Source: Candidatus Faeciplasma gallinarum (GTDB lineage: Bacteria > Bacillota > Clostridia > Oscillospirales > Ruminococcaceae). From it: a stretch of 64,000 nucleotides of DNA. The notes under the pieces are model-generated. The model saw only the letters and a list, made by a program, of their open reading frames with translations. It searched no databases and was not told the DNA's origin. The stretch spans positions 7 to 64,006 of the forward strand of contig DVIR01000060.1 in NCBI GenBank assembly GCA_018711085.1, written 5' to 3'. Below are positions 55,534 to 64,000 of the stretch, in pieces. The position numbers were made by a program, and so were the translations under genes. Position 1 is the stretch's first letter. Each line of letters opens with the position of its first letter.

Positions 55534-56346
55534 TTATTCAAGCACGCAGCTTTTAACTTCTATCTTATCTATTCCGTCCAAAAAGTGCTCCGCGTTTTCC
55601 TTAAACAGCTCTGTACTGTCGGTGCAGTACAAAGTTATCCTGCCCGGCTGTGTGCTGTCGTTTAAAAGGTCATTTTGCCTGAGCACCTTATATGCATACT
55701 TTCCCGCTTCTCCGCCGGACGATATGAGTTTGACATCGCTTCCCATTATCATCGATATCACGTCCCAGATTATCGGGTAGTGGGTGCATCCGAGTATCAA
55801 GGTATCTATACCCTCATCCTTGAGCGGCAAAAGATACTCCTTAGCTATCTCCACGCACGGGGAGCAGTCGGTACCTATGTATCCGTTTTCAACCAGCGGT
55901 ACAAACATCGGGCATGCCTTTTCAAACACCTGCGCATCGGGGAGCTTTTGCTTTATCAAAGCCCTATAGCTTCCGCTCCTTATCGTCGCGCCTGTGCCTA
56001 TTATGCCTATGCGGTGGTTTGATGTGGCTGCAATCGCTGCGTCCACCGCAGGAACTATCACTCCGGTATAAAGGCCCTCGCCGAAGTCAAATCCCGACGC
56101 AAGCACGCTTGAAACCGTTCCGCACGCAGATATGATCATTTTCACTCCGAATTTCTTTAAAAAATCAAAGTCCTGCTTAGCGTATTTTTCTATGGTCTCG
56201 CGGCTTTTTGTGCCGTACGGAACCCTTGCGGTGTCGCCTAAGTATATTATATCCTCACATGGCAGAAGCTTGACAAGCTCCTTTACCGCAGTGAGTCCGC
56301 CGACGCCGGAGTCAAACACGCCGATGGCGCGGTTTTTATCTGTCAT
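55534..56346 (-). CDS. murI: Glutamate racemase
   Basis: GVFDSGVGGLT, catalytic-Cys regions ISACGT and LGCTHYP. Start set at the ATG at 56346 behind GGAAGGGA. Confidence 0.9.
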   Translation of the reverse strand: MTDKNRAIGVFDSGVGGLTAVKELVKLLPCEDIIYLGDTARVPYGTKSRETIEKYAKQDFDFLKKFGVKMIISACGTVSSVLASGFDFGEGLYTGVIVPAVDAAIAATSNHRIGIIGTGATIRSGSYRALIKQKLPDAQVFEKACPMFVPLVENGYIGTDCSPCVEIAKEYLLPLKDEGIDTLILGCTHYPIIWDVISMIMGSDVKLISSGGEAGKYAYKVLRQNDLLNDSTQPGRITLYCTDSTELFKENAEHFLDGIDKIEVKSCVLE

Positions 56347-56470
56347 TATAAGATTCCCTTCCGTTTTAGGATAGTTCAAAGAGCATGTTCGGCTTATATG
56401 CGAGATATGCATGCCATACAAAATATATTTCGCTCACATGCATATTATGCATAACGCCGCCCCGATACCG

Positions 56471-56998
56471 CTAATCGTCGAGTATGCTCTTTGACGGGCT
56501 GTTATTAAACTTCTCTTTTTCGCTGCTGCGAATAGAAACTATATGCCATATCTCAAGCATGGCAAGCGCCGCGGAAATAATGATTATTGCCACAACAGGC
56601 ATGTATCTCAGCTCAAATGTAGGCGTGAAAACAACGCTTGTTCCGTGGGCAACGTCTATCATTTCACCAGCGTGAACAAGGTACACCGCCGCGCCCGCAG
56701 CGCAAAAAGGCAGCTGAAGTATATAAAACCTCAGATACATCAAAACAAGGCTCGCCGTCATCAGCAGGCTTCCCACCAAAAATCCCGTGGCAAGGTGAGA
56801 ACTTTCCGGGGAGTTTATGTAGAAATTGAGTATGGTTACGCCTGCCCAGAAAAAGCAGGACCACACGTATATAAGCGTGACTATGACTTTAAGAGTTATA
56901 GTAAAGCCGTTGTCGCAGTATCTGTATTTAAGCGTTTTCTTCTGCGTCTTTGGTGTCGCCGGAGTCTTTACATTCTGCGCTGTTTGCGTCACTTTCAT
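56471..56998 (-). CDS. Hypothetical 4-TM membrane protein
   Basis: 175 aa. AGAGGT Shine-Dalgarno 7 nt before the ATG. I recognise no family. Confidence 0.55.
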   Translation of the reverse strand: MKVTQTAQNVKTPATPKTQKKTLKYRYCDNGFTITLKVIVTLIYVWSCFFWAGVTILNFYINSPESSHLATGFLVGSLLMTASLVLMYLRFYILQLPFCAAGAAVYLVHAGEMIDVAHGTSVVFTPTFELRYMPVVAIIIISAALAMLEIWHIVSIRSSEKEKFNNSPSKSILDD

Positions 56999-57362
56999 AG
57001 CTTACCTCTTCACATATCCTTTCAATCACTTCAAACCTCAAAAGCACATCCTCGCGAAAGCTGAGCCTTCCCCTGTCGCCTATATTCACCTGCGAATACT
57101 CAAGCGGCGTCACCCGCAGCTTCAGCTCATTCGTTCCGTCCGGCGAAAAGCTCACAAAATACGCTTTTATCGGTTTTTTCTTGCCTGTCACGCTTACGGG
57201 CAGCTCTGCCTCGCTCTTGTCTGAGACATGTGCATCAATTGTATAAACCTCTACGTCTTTGTTTTTGTGCAGGTGAATCAGACCGTTGACTATAACGTAT
57301 ACAAACGCAGCCATAAAGCCTATGCTGACTACTATAGCCAAAATTTCCATGAATTTTTCCAT
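56928..57362 (-). CDS. DUF2500-like single-pass membrane protein
   Basis: 144 aa. N-terminal TM helix, then an OB-like segment (YFVSFSPDG...VNIGDRGRLSF). GGGGGAAC Shine-Dalgarno. Its 3' end overlaps the next gene by 71 nt. Confidence 0.6.
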   Translation of the reverse strand: MEKFMEILAIVVSIGFMAAFVYVIVNGLIHLHKNKDVEVYTIDAHVSDKSEAELPVSVTGKKKPIKAYFVSFSPDGTNELKLRVTPLEYSQVNIGDRGRLSFREDVLLRFEVIERICEEVSYESDANSAECKDSGDTKDAEENA

Positions 57363-57496
57363 ATTCCGTTCCCCCTACTGTCACATTTGCCGCATGATGC
57401 AAATAACATTGCAACGGGTCGATACATTGTTGATATATTATATCACACTTACAAGTTAACATTCAAGACCGTTTTTGATAAATTGCAAGGCATAGT

Positions 57497-57533
57497 TATA
57501 AAAGTGTACCCGCACGGCGTACATCCGTGCGGG
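57497..57533 (-). terminator. Intrinsic terminator after the acetyltransferase gene
   Basis: 9-bp stem CCCGCACGG/CCGTGCGGG followed on the minus strand by TACACTTTTAT. Confidence 0.6.
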
Positions 57534-57575
57534 CAGATTGTCATTTTTCAAGTGGCTTCGGCGACCGCGTTGAGC

Positions 57576-58166
57576 CTATTTAGCTCTCGGGTACTTGTCA
57601 GCGTCCTCCGGAGTGATATTTCTTAAAACGCGGCAGGGATTTCCCACCGCCACAACTCCGGACGGTATGTCCTTTGTCACAACGCTTCCCGCTCCTATAA
57701 CGGTATCGCTTCCTATGCTCACTCCGGGCAGCACGATAACTCCCGCTCCGAACCAAACGTTGTCGCCTACGGTTATCGGGTACGCAAACTCAAGGCCGCG
57801 GTTTCTTTGCTCGGTATCAAGCGCGTGACCGGCCGTCGTGAACACGCAGTTTGGAGCTATGAACACGTTATCTCCGAAGGTTATCTGTCCGCCGTCAACA
57901 AGCGTGAGGTTGTGATTTGAATAAAAGTTTTCGCCGATCTTTACGGTGTATCCGTAATCGCACCAAAACGGCGGGGTCACATAAAAGCTGTTTTTTGTGC
58001 TTCCCAAAATCTTTTTCATAAGAGCGTACTGCTCGTTCATCTGAGACGGTTTGAGGTTGTTGTATTCATAGCACATGTCCTGACACTTGACACGCTCGAC
58101 GGCAAGCTCCTTGTCGTAATTCGCGTCATACAAAAATCCCAAATCCCTTTTTTCCTTTTCAGTCAT
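57576..58166 (-). CDS. maa: Maltose/galactoside O-acetyltransferase (hexapeptide-repeat, Maa/LacA family)
   Basis: N-terminal Mac domain (GFLYDANYD...) followed by left-handed beta-helix hexapeptide repeats. 196 aa. Confidence 0.8.
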   Translation of the reverse strand: MTEKEKRDLGFLYDANYDKELAVERVKCQDMCYEYNNLKPSQMNEQYALMKKILGSTKNSFYVTPPFWCDYGYTVKIGENFYSNHNLTLVDGGQITFGDNVFIAPNCVFTTAGHALDTEQRNRGLEFAYPITVGDNVWFGAGVIVLPGVSIGSDTVIGAGSVVTKDIPSGVVAVGNPCRVLRNITPEDADKYPRAK

Positions 58167-58176
58167 GTTTCGCTCC

Positions 58177-60798
58177 TCACTTGTGATGATGATGTTTTAT
58201 GATTCCCAAAGCCTTTGACAGTTCCATTACGATTGTCGGAGCCACTATGAGACCCAAAGCTACAAGATACAGCCACGGCTCAAGCAGCACAAGTCCGAAT
58301 GCTATTCTAACGGGTGTGAACAGCACAAGCGCAACCAAAAGCACGGATATAAGCGACGACCAGTTGAGCTTGTGGTTTGTGAACACGCCTATCTTGAAGA
58401 TCGAATGGTCTGAGCGCATGTTATACGCCTGCAAAACCTGCGTCAAAGAGAGAACCGTAAACGCCATTGTCTGGCCGCCCTCGATAGTTCCCGTCACTTT
58501 TTCGCCTATCACAAATCCCACAAGGGTTATGATTGCAAACATCACGCCCTGAAGAACCACTTTTACTCCCAGGCCATTTGCAAATATGCCTTCGTTTTTG
58601 GGCTTAGGCTTGTGATCCATGACGTCGTCCTCTACCGCTTCCATTCCCAAAGATATTGCGGGGAGGGAGTCGGTAACAAGGTTAATCCACAAAAGCTGCA
58701 TGGACAAAAGCGGAGTCTTTTGCCAAAGTACCATTGCGAAGAACACCGTAAGGACTTCGCCTATGTTTGTTCCGAGCAGGAATCCTACGACCTTCTTTAT
58801 GTTGGCGTATATTCCCCTGCCCTCTTTTACGGCGTCTACTATTGTGGCAAAGTTGTCGTCCGTCAAGGTCATGTCTGCCGCGCCCTTTGCAACATCCGTT
58901 CCGGTTATGCCCATTGCGCAGCCGATATCGGCAGCCTTGAGCGCGGGAGCGTCGTTTACTCCGTCGCCGGTCATCGAGACAACCTGTCCCTTTCTCTGCC
59001 ATGCCTTGACTATGCGTATTTTATTTTCGGGTGAAACTCTTGCGTAAACAGCTATGTTCTCAACCTGCTTGTCAAGCTCTTCATCGCTCATCGCATCAAG
59101 CTCCGCTCCGGTTATCGCCTTATCGGTGTCGAGAAGTATTCCCAGCTCCTTAGCTATAGCCGACGCCGTTACGACGTGGTCGCCTGTTATCATTACCGGC
59201 TTTATGCCTGCACGGCGGCAAAGCGCAACCGCCTGCTTGGCCTCAGGTCTCGGCGGGTCTATCATGCCGACAAGTCCCATAAAGTGCAGTCCGTTTTCAA
59301 GCTCCTCAGATGTGATTTGCTCCGGCAGAGCATCAATCTCCTTGTACGCTATTGCAAGAACTCTTAATGCGTCCCTGCTCATCGATTCCGTCATTTGCTT
59401 TGCAGCGTCAAGGTCGCCGCTTATGCACCTTTTGGCCATAACGTCAAACGCGCCCTTGACAATGACGACGATTTTGCCGTCTATGCGGTTTACGGTGCTC
59501 ATGAGCTTTCTGTCGGAATCAAAAGGTATCTCGGCAAGGCGCGGGTATTTTTCGCCCAAGTCGCCCTGCTCCATGCCGTTTTTATGCGCCGCGACGATTA
59601 TTGCGGTTTCGGTGGGGTCTCCGAGGTGCTTTTCCTCATCGTCCTCAAAGACAACCGAGCCGTCGCAGCAAAGCGTTCCGTACATAAGCAGCTTTCTTAT
59701 CTTTTCGGAGTTTGAAGAGCTTATAAGCTCGGTGTCGGAGTCTCCGTCCGCATACGCTTTGGTGAGCGTCATGCGGTTTTGAGTGAGCGTTCCGGTTTTA
59801 TCTGAGCATATTACCGATGCACTTCCTAAGGTCTCAACAGCGGGGAGCTTGCGGATAAGGGCGTTCTTTCTCACCATGCGCTGAACGCCTATTGACAAAA
59901 CTATCGTGACTATTGCGGGCAAGCCCTCGGGTATTGCGGACACCGCCAGCGAGACCGCCGTCATGAATATCTCAAGCACCGGCGTGCCGCTTACGAGTCC
60001 TACCACAAATATGACCGCGCACGCCGCAAGCGCCATTATGCCAAGGTATTTGCCGAGCTGAGCAAGCTTTTGCTGCAAAGGAGTTTGCGTGTCCTCCTCG
60101 TTGTCTAAAAGTCCCGCTATCTTTCCCATTTCGGTGTCCATGCCGGTGGCAGTGACGACTGCGGTGGCAGTTCCGTAGGTTATCGAGCAGCCGGAGTAAA
60201 CCATGTTTTGCCTGTCGCCGAGCGGAGCGCCTTCCTTAACCTCGGCAAGGTAGTCCTTTTCGGACGGCACAGACTCTCCGGTAAGCGCAGATTCCTCCGA
60301 TTTAAGCCCTGCGCTGTGAATGAGCTTTGCATCTGCGGGCACGAAGTCTCCCGCCTCAAGCTTTATTATATCTCCCGGGACAAGCTGCGACGCATCGATT
60401 ATGCTTTCTTTTCCGTCGCGGATTACCCTTGCATGCGGCGCGGACATGTTTTTAAGCGCGTCAAGCGCCTTTTCCGCCTTTCCTTCCTGGTATACGCCCA
60501 TTATGGCGTTGAGGATAACTATGAGCAGTATCAGCGCCGGCTCAAACAGCTCGCCCCAATTTTGCTCCACGCACACAACGACAAATGACACGATTGCCGC
60601 TGCGATGAGTATCAGTATCATTGCGTCCTTGAACTGGTCAAAAAATCTCTGAAGGGTGGTTTTCTTTTTCTTTTCCTTGAGTTTGTTCTGACCGTACCTG
60701 CTCAGTCTGATAGATACTTCCTGAGAGTCAAGGCCCTTTTTAGGGTCAACGCTCAGCTCTTTTAAAAGCTCGTCGTTATTTTGACAATAAGGGTTCAT
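58177..60798 (-). CDS. P-type Ca2+-transporting ATPase (type IIA-like)
   Basis: DKTGTLT phosphorylation site, TGES, IPEGLP in M4 and TGDGVNDAPALK. 873 aa. Confidence 0.9.
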   Translation of the reverse strand: MNPYCQNNDELLKELSVDPKKGLDSQEVSIRLSRYGQNKLKEKKKKTTLQRFFDQFKDAMILILIAAAIVSFVVVCVEQNWGELFEPALILLIVILNAIMGVYQEGKAEKALDALKNMSAPHARVIRDGKESIIDASQLVPGDIIKLEAGDFVPADAKLIHSAGLKSEESALTGESVPSEKDYLAEVKEGAPLGDRQNMVYSGCSITYGTATAVVTATGMDTEMGKIAGLLDNEEDTQTPLQQKLAQLGKYLGIMALAACAVIFVVGLVSGTPVLEIFMTAVSLAVSAIPEGLPAIVTIVLSIGVQRMVRKNALIRKLPAVETLGSASVICSDKTGTLTQNRMTLTKAYADGDSDTELISSSNSEKIRKLLMYGTLCCDGSVVFEDDEEKHLGDPTETAIIVAAHKNGMEQGDLGEKYPRLAEIPFDSDRKLMSTVNRIDGKIVVIVKGAFDVMAKRCISGDLDAAKQMTESMSRDALRVLAIAYKEIDALPEQITSEELENGLHFMGLVGMIDPPRPEAKQAVALCRRAGIKPVMITGDHVVTASAIAKELGILLDTDKAITGAELDAMSDEELDKQVENIAVYARVSPENKIRIVKAWQRKGQVVSMTGDGVNDAPALKAADIGCAMGITGTDVAKGAADMTLTDDNFATIVDAVKEGRGIYANIKKVVGFLLGTNIGEVLTVFFAMVLWQKTPLLSMQLLWINLVTDSLPAISLGMEAVEDDVMDHKPKPKNEGIFANGLGVKVVLQGVMFAIITLVGFVIGEKVTGTIEGGQTMAFTVLSLTQVLQAYNMRSDHSIFKIGVFTNHKLNWSSLISVLLVALVLFTPVRIAFGLVLLEPWLYLVALGLIVAPTIVMELSKALGIIKHHHHK

Positions 60799-60861
60799 TG
60801 CATCCTCCGAAATATTTATTTTATAATTATAACCTGATTTTTATCGTCTTTTGTACATCTT

Positions 60862-62712
60862 TTAACCGATTATCCACGCCTGCGCGCTGAAGTCGGAATC
60901 GGCGGCGCCGTACTGCGCAAGTATCTTTTTGCCTTTGGCGTTGCCCATGGCATTGCCTATGGCATTGCTCACATCGACCGGCTTTGACATTGCAAACCTG
61001 TGCGCAACAACAAGGCTTCTTTCTCCGTACTGCCTTATCACAAGCTGGTTGCCCACAGGAGTGTTAAAGCTTTGAGCCGTGCACTCTATGGTTGTGGTGA
61101 CGCCGTTTTTAATTATGTCTGCGGCTTTCTTATAAAACGCTATGCCTTCGTCTATGAGCTTCCACTGCTCGTCGGAAAGGCTGTATATGTCTCCGCTTAA
61201 ACACATGCGTCCTAAGAACGTGTTTACTATCGAATAGTATATCCTCTGCGCGCTGTCGCTTGTGCGCATGACAGCCCATATCTGGCTTTGAGACGGCTTC
61301 ATCACCCGATGCATGTTTGCAGCTATCATGGGTATTGCCGTTGTCTCATGTGCATCGGAAAAGCTTCCCTGCGAGCAAAGCTCCATCATCGACGGCTCCG
61401 ACCTGTGACCTCCGCTTGAGCAGTTTTCTATGACTATATCGGGCACCTCGCGGCGGATTTTCTCAAAGAAGCGCCGGCTTGCCTCTACTTTTCTTCTGAG
61501 ACCCTCGCCGAGGCTTTCCGCGCCGTCGCATCCTATGCCTATTGAGTCGTTATAGTCTATCTTAACGTATCCGAAACCGTTGTCTTTAAGGAGCTTTATC
61601 ACCTTTTCGGTGAGATATTCTACCACCCACGGGTCCTCCATATCCCAAAAGCGTCTGTCGCCGGATGTGATGTAGCACCCGTCCTTTTTCAGCAGGTGAT
61701 CGCTGTTATAATACTTTGACCCTCTGCCCACGGTCTCAAGCTCAAACCATATTCCCGGTATCATGCCGCGAGAACGTATGTAATCGGCGGTTGCTTTGAG
61801 GCCTCCCGGGAACTTTTCCTCGTTTACCTCCCAGTCGCCTATGCTGTTCCACCAGCCGTCTCCGTGTCCGTACCATCCTGAATCCATCACCAAAAACTTT
61901 ATGCCCTTGCCGCTAAGCTTGTCGCATATTCTCTTCATGTTTTCAAAGCTCGGATTGCCCCATGTCGTGCAGTACTCGTTAAACGCTATGTCCATGTCGC
62001 AGTCGAGCGGCGAAACGTTGGGATGCTGTGCCTTTACAAGCTTGTCGCACGCCTCATAAAGCGTGCTGCCGACGGCTATAACCGCCTTTGGCGTTGTAAA
62101 GCTCTCCCCCGGCGCTATCTTTTTGAACCAATGCCCGAAATCCCTGTCCGCTATTCCTCCGACAACTGCCAGCGTCTCATCCTCGCGGCAGCTCACTTCC
62201 ATCTGCCACGACGACGCCAAATAAAGCTGCACCGCGACAAACCTCTTGTTCTCGCTGTCCTCAAGGGCTATGAAGGGAAAATACTTTCTTACGGGCATTG
62301 AACCCAAGTTTCCGAACTTCTCAACTCTTGTTGCGCATCTGTTCCATGACGGCTCCAAGCCAAGCTCCACCGTGGTTTCGGTTCTGAGCCTTCCCTCTGC
62401 GCTCCAAAACGACTGCATGCGGTGAATTTTATCCGCCTTCACGCCTTTTATCGCAAGCGACGAGAGCATTTCAAGCACCGCCTCGCTGTCGGACAGGTTT
62501 TCAAATGTAGTGCTCACCGCCACGGCGTCGCCTATTTGCTCTTTGTTCAGGGTGACGCGGTGGCCGCGATGATTTTTATACACCGTCTTATCCGGCGTGT
62601 CGGATATCTTCTCAAGAGATTTTGTGGATTCCGACCTGCAAAGCGACAGCCCGTTTGTAAAACCGTCCGGGTGCGCATCCCCTCTTAATTTAAGCTCAAC
62701 GTAAAACTCCAT
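60862..62712 (-). CDS. Glycoside hydrolase family 36-like (alpha-galactosidase-type)
   Basis: LVMDSGWYG, YVKIDYND (candidate nucleophile region) and ENCSSGGHR blocks resemble the GH36 catalytic barrel. Start at the ATG at 62712 behind GGAGG. Confidence 0.65.
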   Translation of the reverse strand: MEFYVELKLRGDAHPDGFTNGLSLCRSESTKSLEKISDTPDKTVYKNHRGHRVTLNKEQIGDAVAVSTTFENLSDSEAVLEMLSSLAIKGVKADKIHRMQSFWSAEGRLRTETTVELGLEPSWNRCATRVEKFGNLGSMPVRKYFPFIALEDSENKRFVAVQLYLASSWQMEVSCREDETLAVVGGIADRDFGHWFKKIAPGESFTTPKAVIAVGSTLYEACDKLVKAQHPNVSPLDCDMDIAFNEYCTTWGNPSFENMKRICDKLSGKGIKFLVMDSGWYGHGDGWWNSIGDWEVNEEKFPGGLKATADYIRSRGMIPGIWFELETVGRGSKYYNSDHLLKKDGCYITSGDRRFWDMEDPWVVEYLTEKVIKLLKDNGFGYVKIDYNDSIGIGCDGAESLGEGLRRKVEASRRFFEKIRREVPDIVIENCSSGGHRSEPSMMELCSQGSFSDAHETTAIPMIAANMHRVMKPSQSQIWAVMRTSDSAQRIYYSIVNTFLGRMCLSGDIYSLSDEQWKLIDEGIAFYKKAADIIKNGVTTTIECTAQSFNTPVGNQLVIRQYGERSLVVAHRFAMSKPVDVSNAIGNAMGNAKGKKILAQYGAADSDFSAQAWIIG

Positions 62713-62952
62713 AAATGCCTCCAAGTACTTAGTTGCAGCGTCAACTACAGTTGCTGCGTAAACTATGTAAAAATTATTTTACCATATGCCATAACATAAA
62801 AGCAATAGTTTTTAAGCTGTTTGCAGCATGCTGACGCGTTAACGTGCCAAGCAGCACATAGCTTGAAACGGTTTTGTCGTTTGTTGTTGAAAATATACTG
62901 AGCGCATGGTATACTTATCAAGACGAATTTATTAAAAAGAGGCGGGATTTAT

Positions 62953-64000
62953 ATGGAATATCGCACGGAACACGACTCTTTGGGCGAAGTCGCTGTCCCT
63001 GCCGACAGGTATTGGGGAGCGCAAACTCAAAGGAGCTTTGAAAACTTTAAAATAGGAATAGAAAAAATGCCGAAAGAGATAATACACGCTTTCGGAATAT
63101 TAAAGCTTGCTGCGGCGAGGACAAACCTTGAGCTTGTCCCGCAGAGGATGACGCAGGAAAAATGCCGCTACATCAGTGAGGCGGCAAACGAGGTGATAAG
63201 CGGCGCGCTTTCGGAGCACTTTCCGCTTGCGGTGTGGCAGACGGGCAGCGGAACCCAAAGCAACATGAATGTAAACGAAGTGATTGCAAACCGCGGCAAC
63301 GAGCTTGCCGGCAAAAGGCTTTTGCATCCGAACGACGATGTGAACATGTCTCAATCGTCAAACGACACCTTCCCCACCGCCATGCACATAGCGGCGGTGC
63401 TTGAAACGGAGAAAACGCTGCTTCCGGCTATCAAGACGCTTGCGGATACGCTTGCAAGGCTTGAGAGCGAAAACGCCGGCATTGTAAAGAGCGGAAGAAC
63501 GCATCTTGAGGACGCAACGCCTATTACCTTCGGGCAGGAGATAAGCGGATGGAGGGCGTCTCTTGAAAAGGACGCGGAGCTGATACGCCTGTCAGAAAAG
63601 CCGCTTAAAGCGCTTGCGCTCGGAGCTACCGCCGTCGGAACGGGACTTAACGCGCCGAAAGGCTTTGACAAGGCGGTTGCCGAAGAGGTGAGCCGCATAA
63701 CCGGAATAGATTTTTACACTGCGCAGAACAAGTTCCATGCGCTGTCGTCAAAAGACGAGCTTGTGTTTGCGCATGGTGCGCTGAAGGCTCTTGCATGCGA
63801 CCTCATGAAGATAGCAAACGACATCCGCTGGCTTGCAAGCGGTCCGAGGTGCGGACTCGGGGAGATAACCATCCCCGAAAACGAGCCGGGTTCTTCGATA
63901 ATGCCGGGCAAGGTCAACCCCACGCAGTGTGAAGCGGTGACAATGGTTGCGGTGCAGGTCATGGGCAACGATGTTGCAGTCGGCATGGCGGCGTCTCAGG
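62953..64000 (+). CDS. fumC: Class II fumarate hydratase, 3'-truncated by the window edge
   Basis: Hand translation gives [13 protein letters not shown]..., [16 protein letters not shown] and the [16 protein letters not shown] lyase signature. The frame stays open to position 64000, so it is absent from the ORF track. Confidence 0.9.
   Translation, partial: MEYRTEHDSLGEVAVPADRYWGAQTQRSFENFKIGIEKMPKEIIHAFGILKLAAARTNLELVPQRMTQEKCRYISEAANEVISGALSEHFPLAVWQTGSGTQSNMNVNEVIANRGNELAGKRLLHPNDDVNMSQSSNDTFPTAMHIAAVLETEKTLLPAIKTLADTLARLESENAGIVKSGRTHLEDATPITFGQEISGWRASLEKDAELIRLSEKPLKALALGATAVGTGLNAPKGFDKAVAEEVSRITGIDFYTAQNKFHALSSKDELVFAHGALKALACDLMKIANDIRWLASGPRCGLGEITIPENEPGSSIMPGKVNPTQCEAVTMVAVQVMGNDVAVGMAASQ

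Noticed and set aside
58177-58200. C-terminal HHHHK on the P-type ATPase, which looks like an affinity tag or engineered sequence.
   Set aside because: There are only four His residues, followed by Lys, in a native operon context with no vector-like flanks. It is most simply a natural short His-rich tail.
1-64000. Scan of both strands for CRISPR repeats, IS or transposon ends, prophage genes, toxin-antitoxin pairs, restriction-modification or other defence modules, and rRNA.
   Set aside because: None was found. The only repeats are short in-frame coding duplications. The single tRNA is not followed by an integrase. All large ORFs have housekeeping, envelope or carbohydrate-related assignments. 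Short or highly diverged elements could still be missed without computational searches.

Overview
This is a dense, almost fully coding chromosomal segment. It reads like the core genome of a moderate-GC Firmicute, probably class Clostridia. That placement is an inference from Firmicute-type syntenies (tilS-hpt-ftsH, gdpP-rplI-dnaB, rpsO-pnp), an ECF-type thiT behind a TPP riboswitch, and lipobox or tail-anchored exoproteins. All calls were made by eye from motifs, with no BLAST, HMM or folding software. I call 45 CDS, one tRNA-Leu(UAG), one TPP riboswitch, several intrinsic terminators and a few near-consensus promoters. One CDS, fumC, runs off the 3' edge and is therefore missing from the ORF track. 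Every gene from 421 to 28711 is on the minus strand, and the presence of dnaB, rplI and gdpP fits an origin-proximal, leading-strand block. I found no rRNA, CRISPR array, transposase, integrase, phage gene or recognisable defence or toxin-antitoxin module, and I do not see convincing evidence for a wholly new multi-gene system. The items most worth a second look are listed below. (1) A 2392-aa single-ORF cyclic beta-1,2-glucan synthase-like protein (GT84 + cyclization + GH94) sits in a monoderm-type genome with no partner exporter nearby. (2) A tight three-gene operon encodes a MacB-type ABC ATPase, a 616-aa four-domain beta-sandwich tail-anchored surface protein, and an FtsX-type permease. 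(3) An NlpC/P60 lipoprotein has both the catalytic Cys and the catalytic His substituted. (4) A nucleotidyltransferase-LbH protein is fused to a phosphohexomutase-like half that lacks the phosphoserine loop. (5) An orphan 4-TM plus coiled-coil protein has no family I can name. (6) Low-complexity extensions recur on housekeeping proteins (GlgP, RNase J, FtsH, Lgt).
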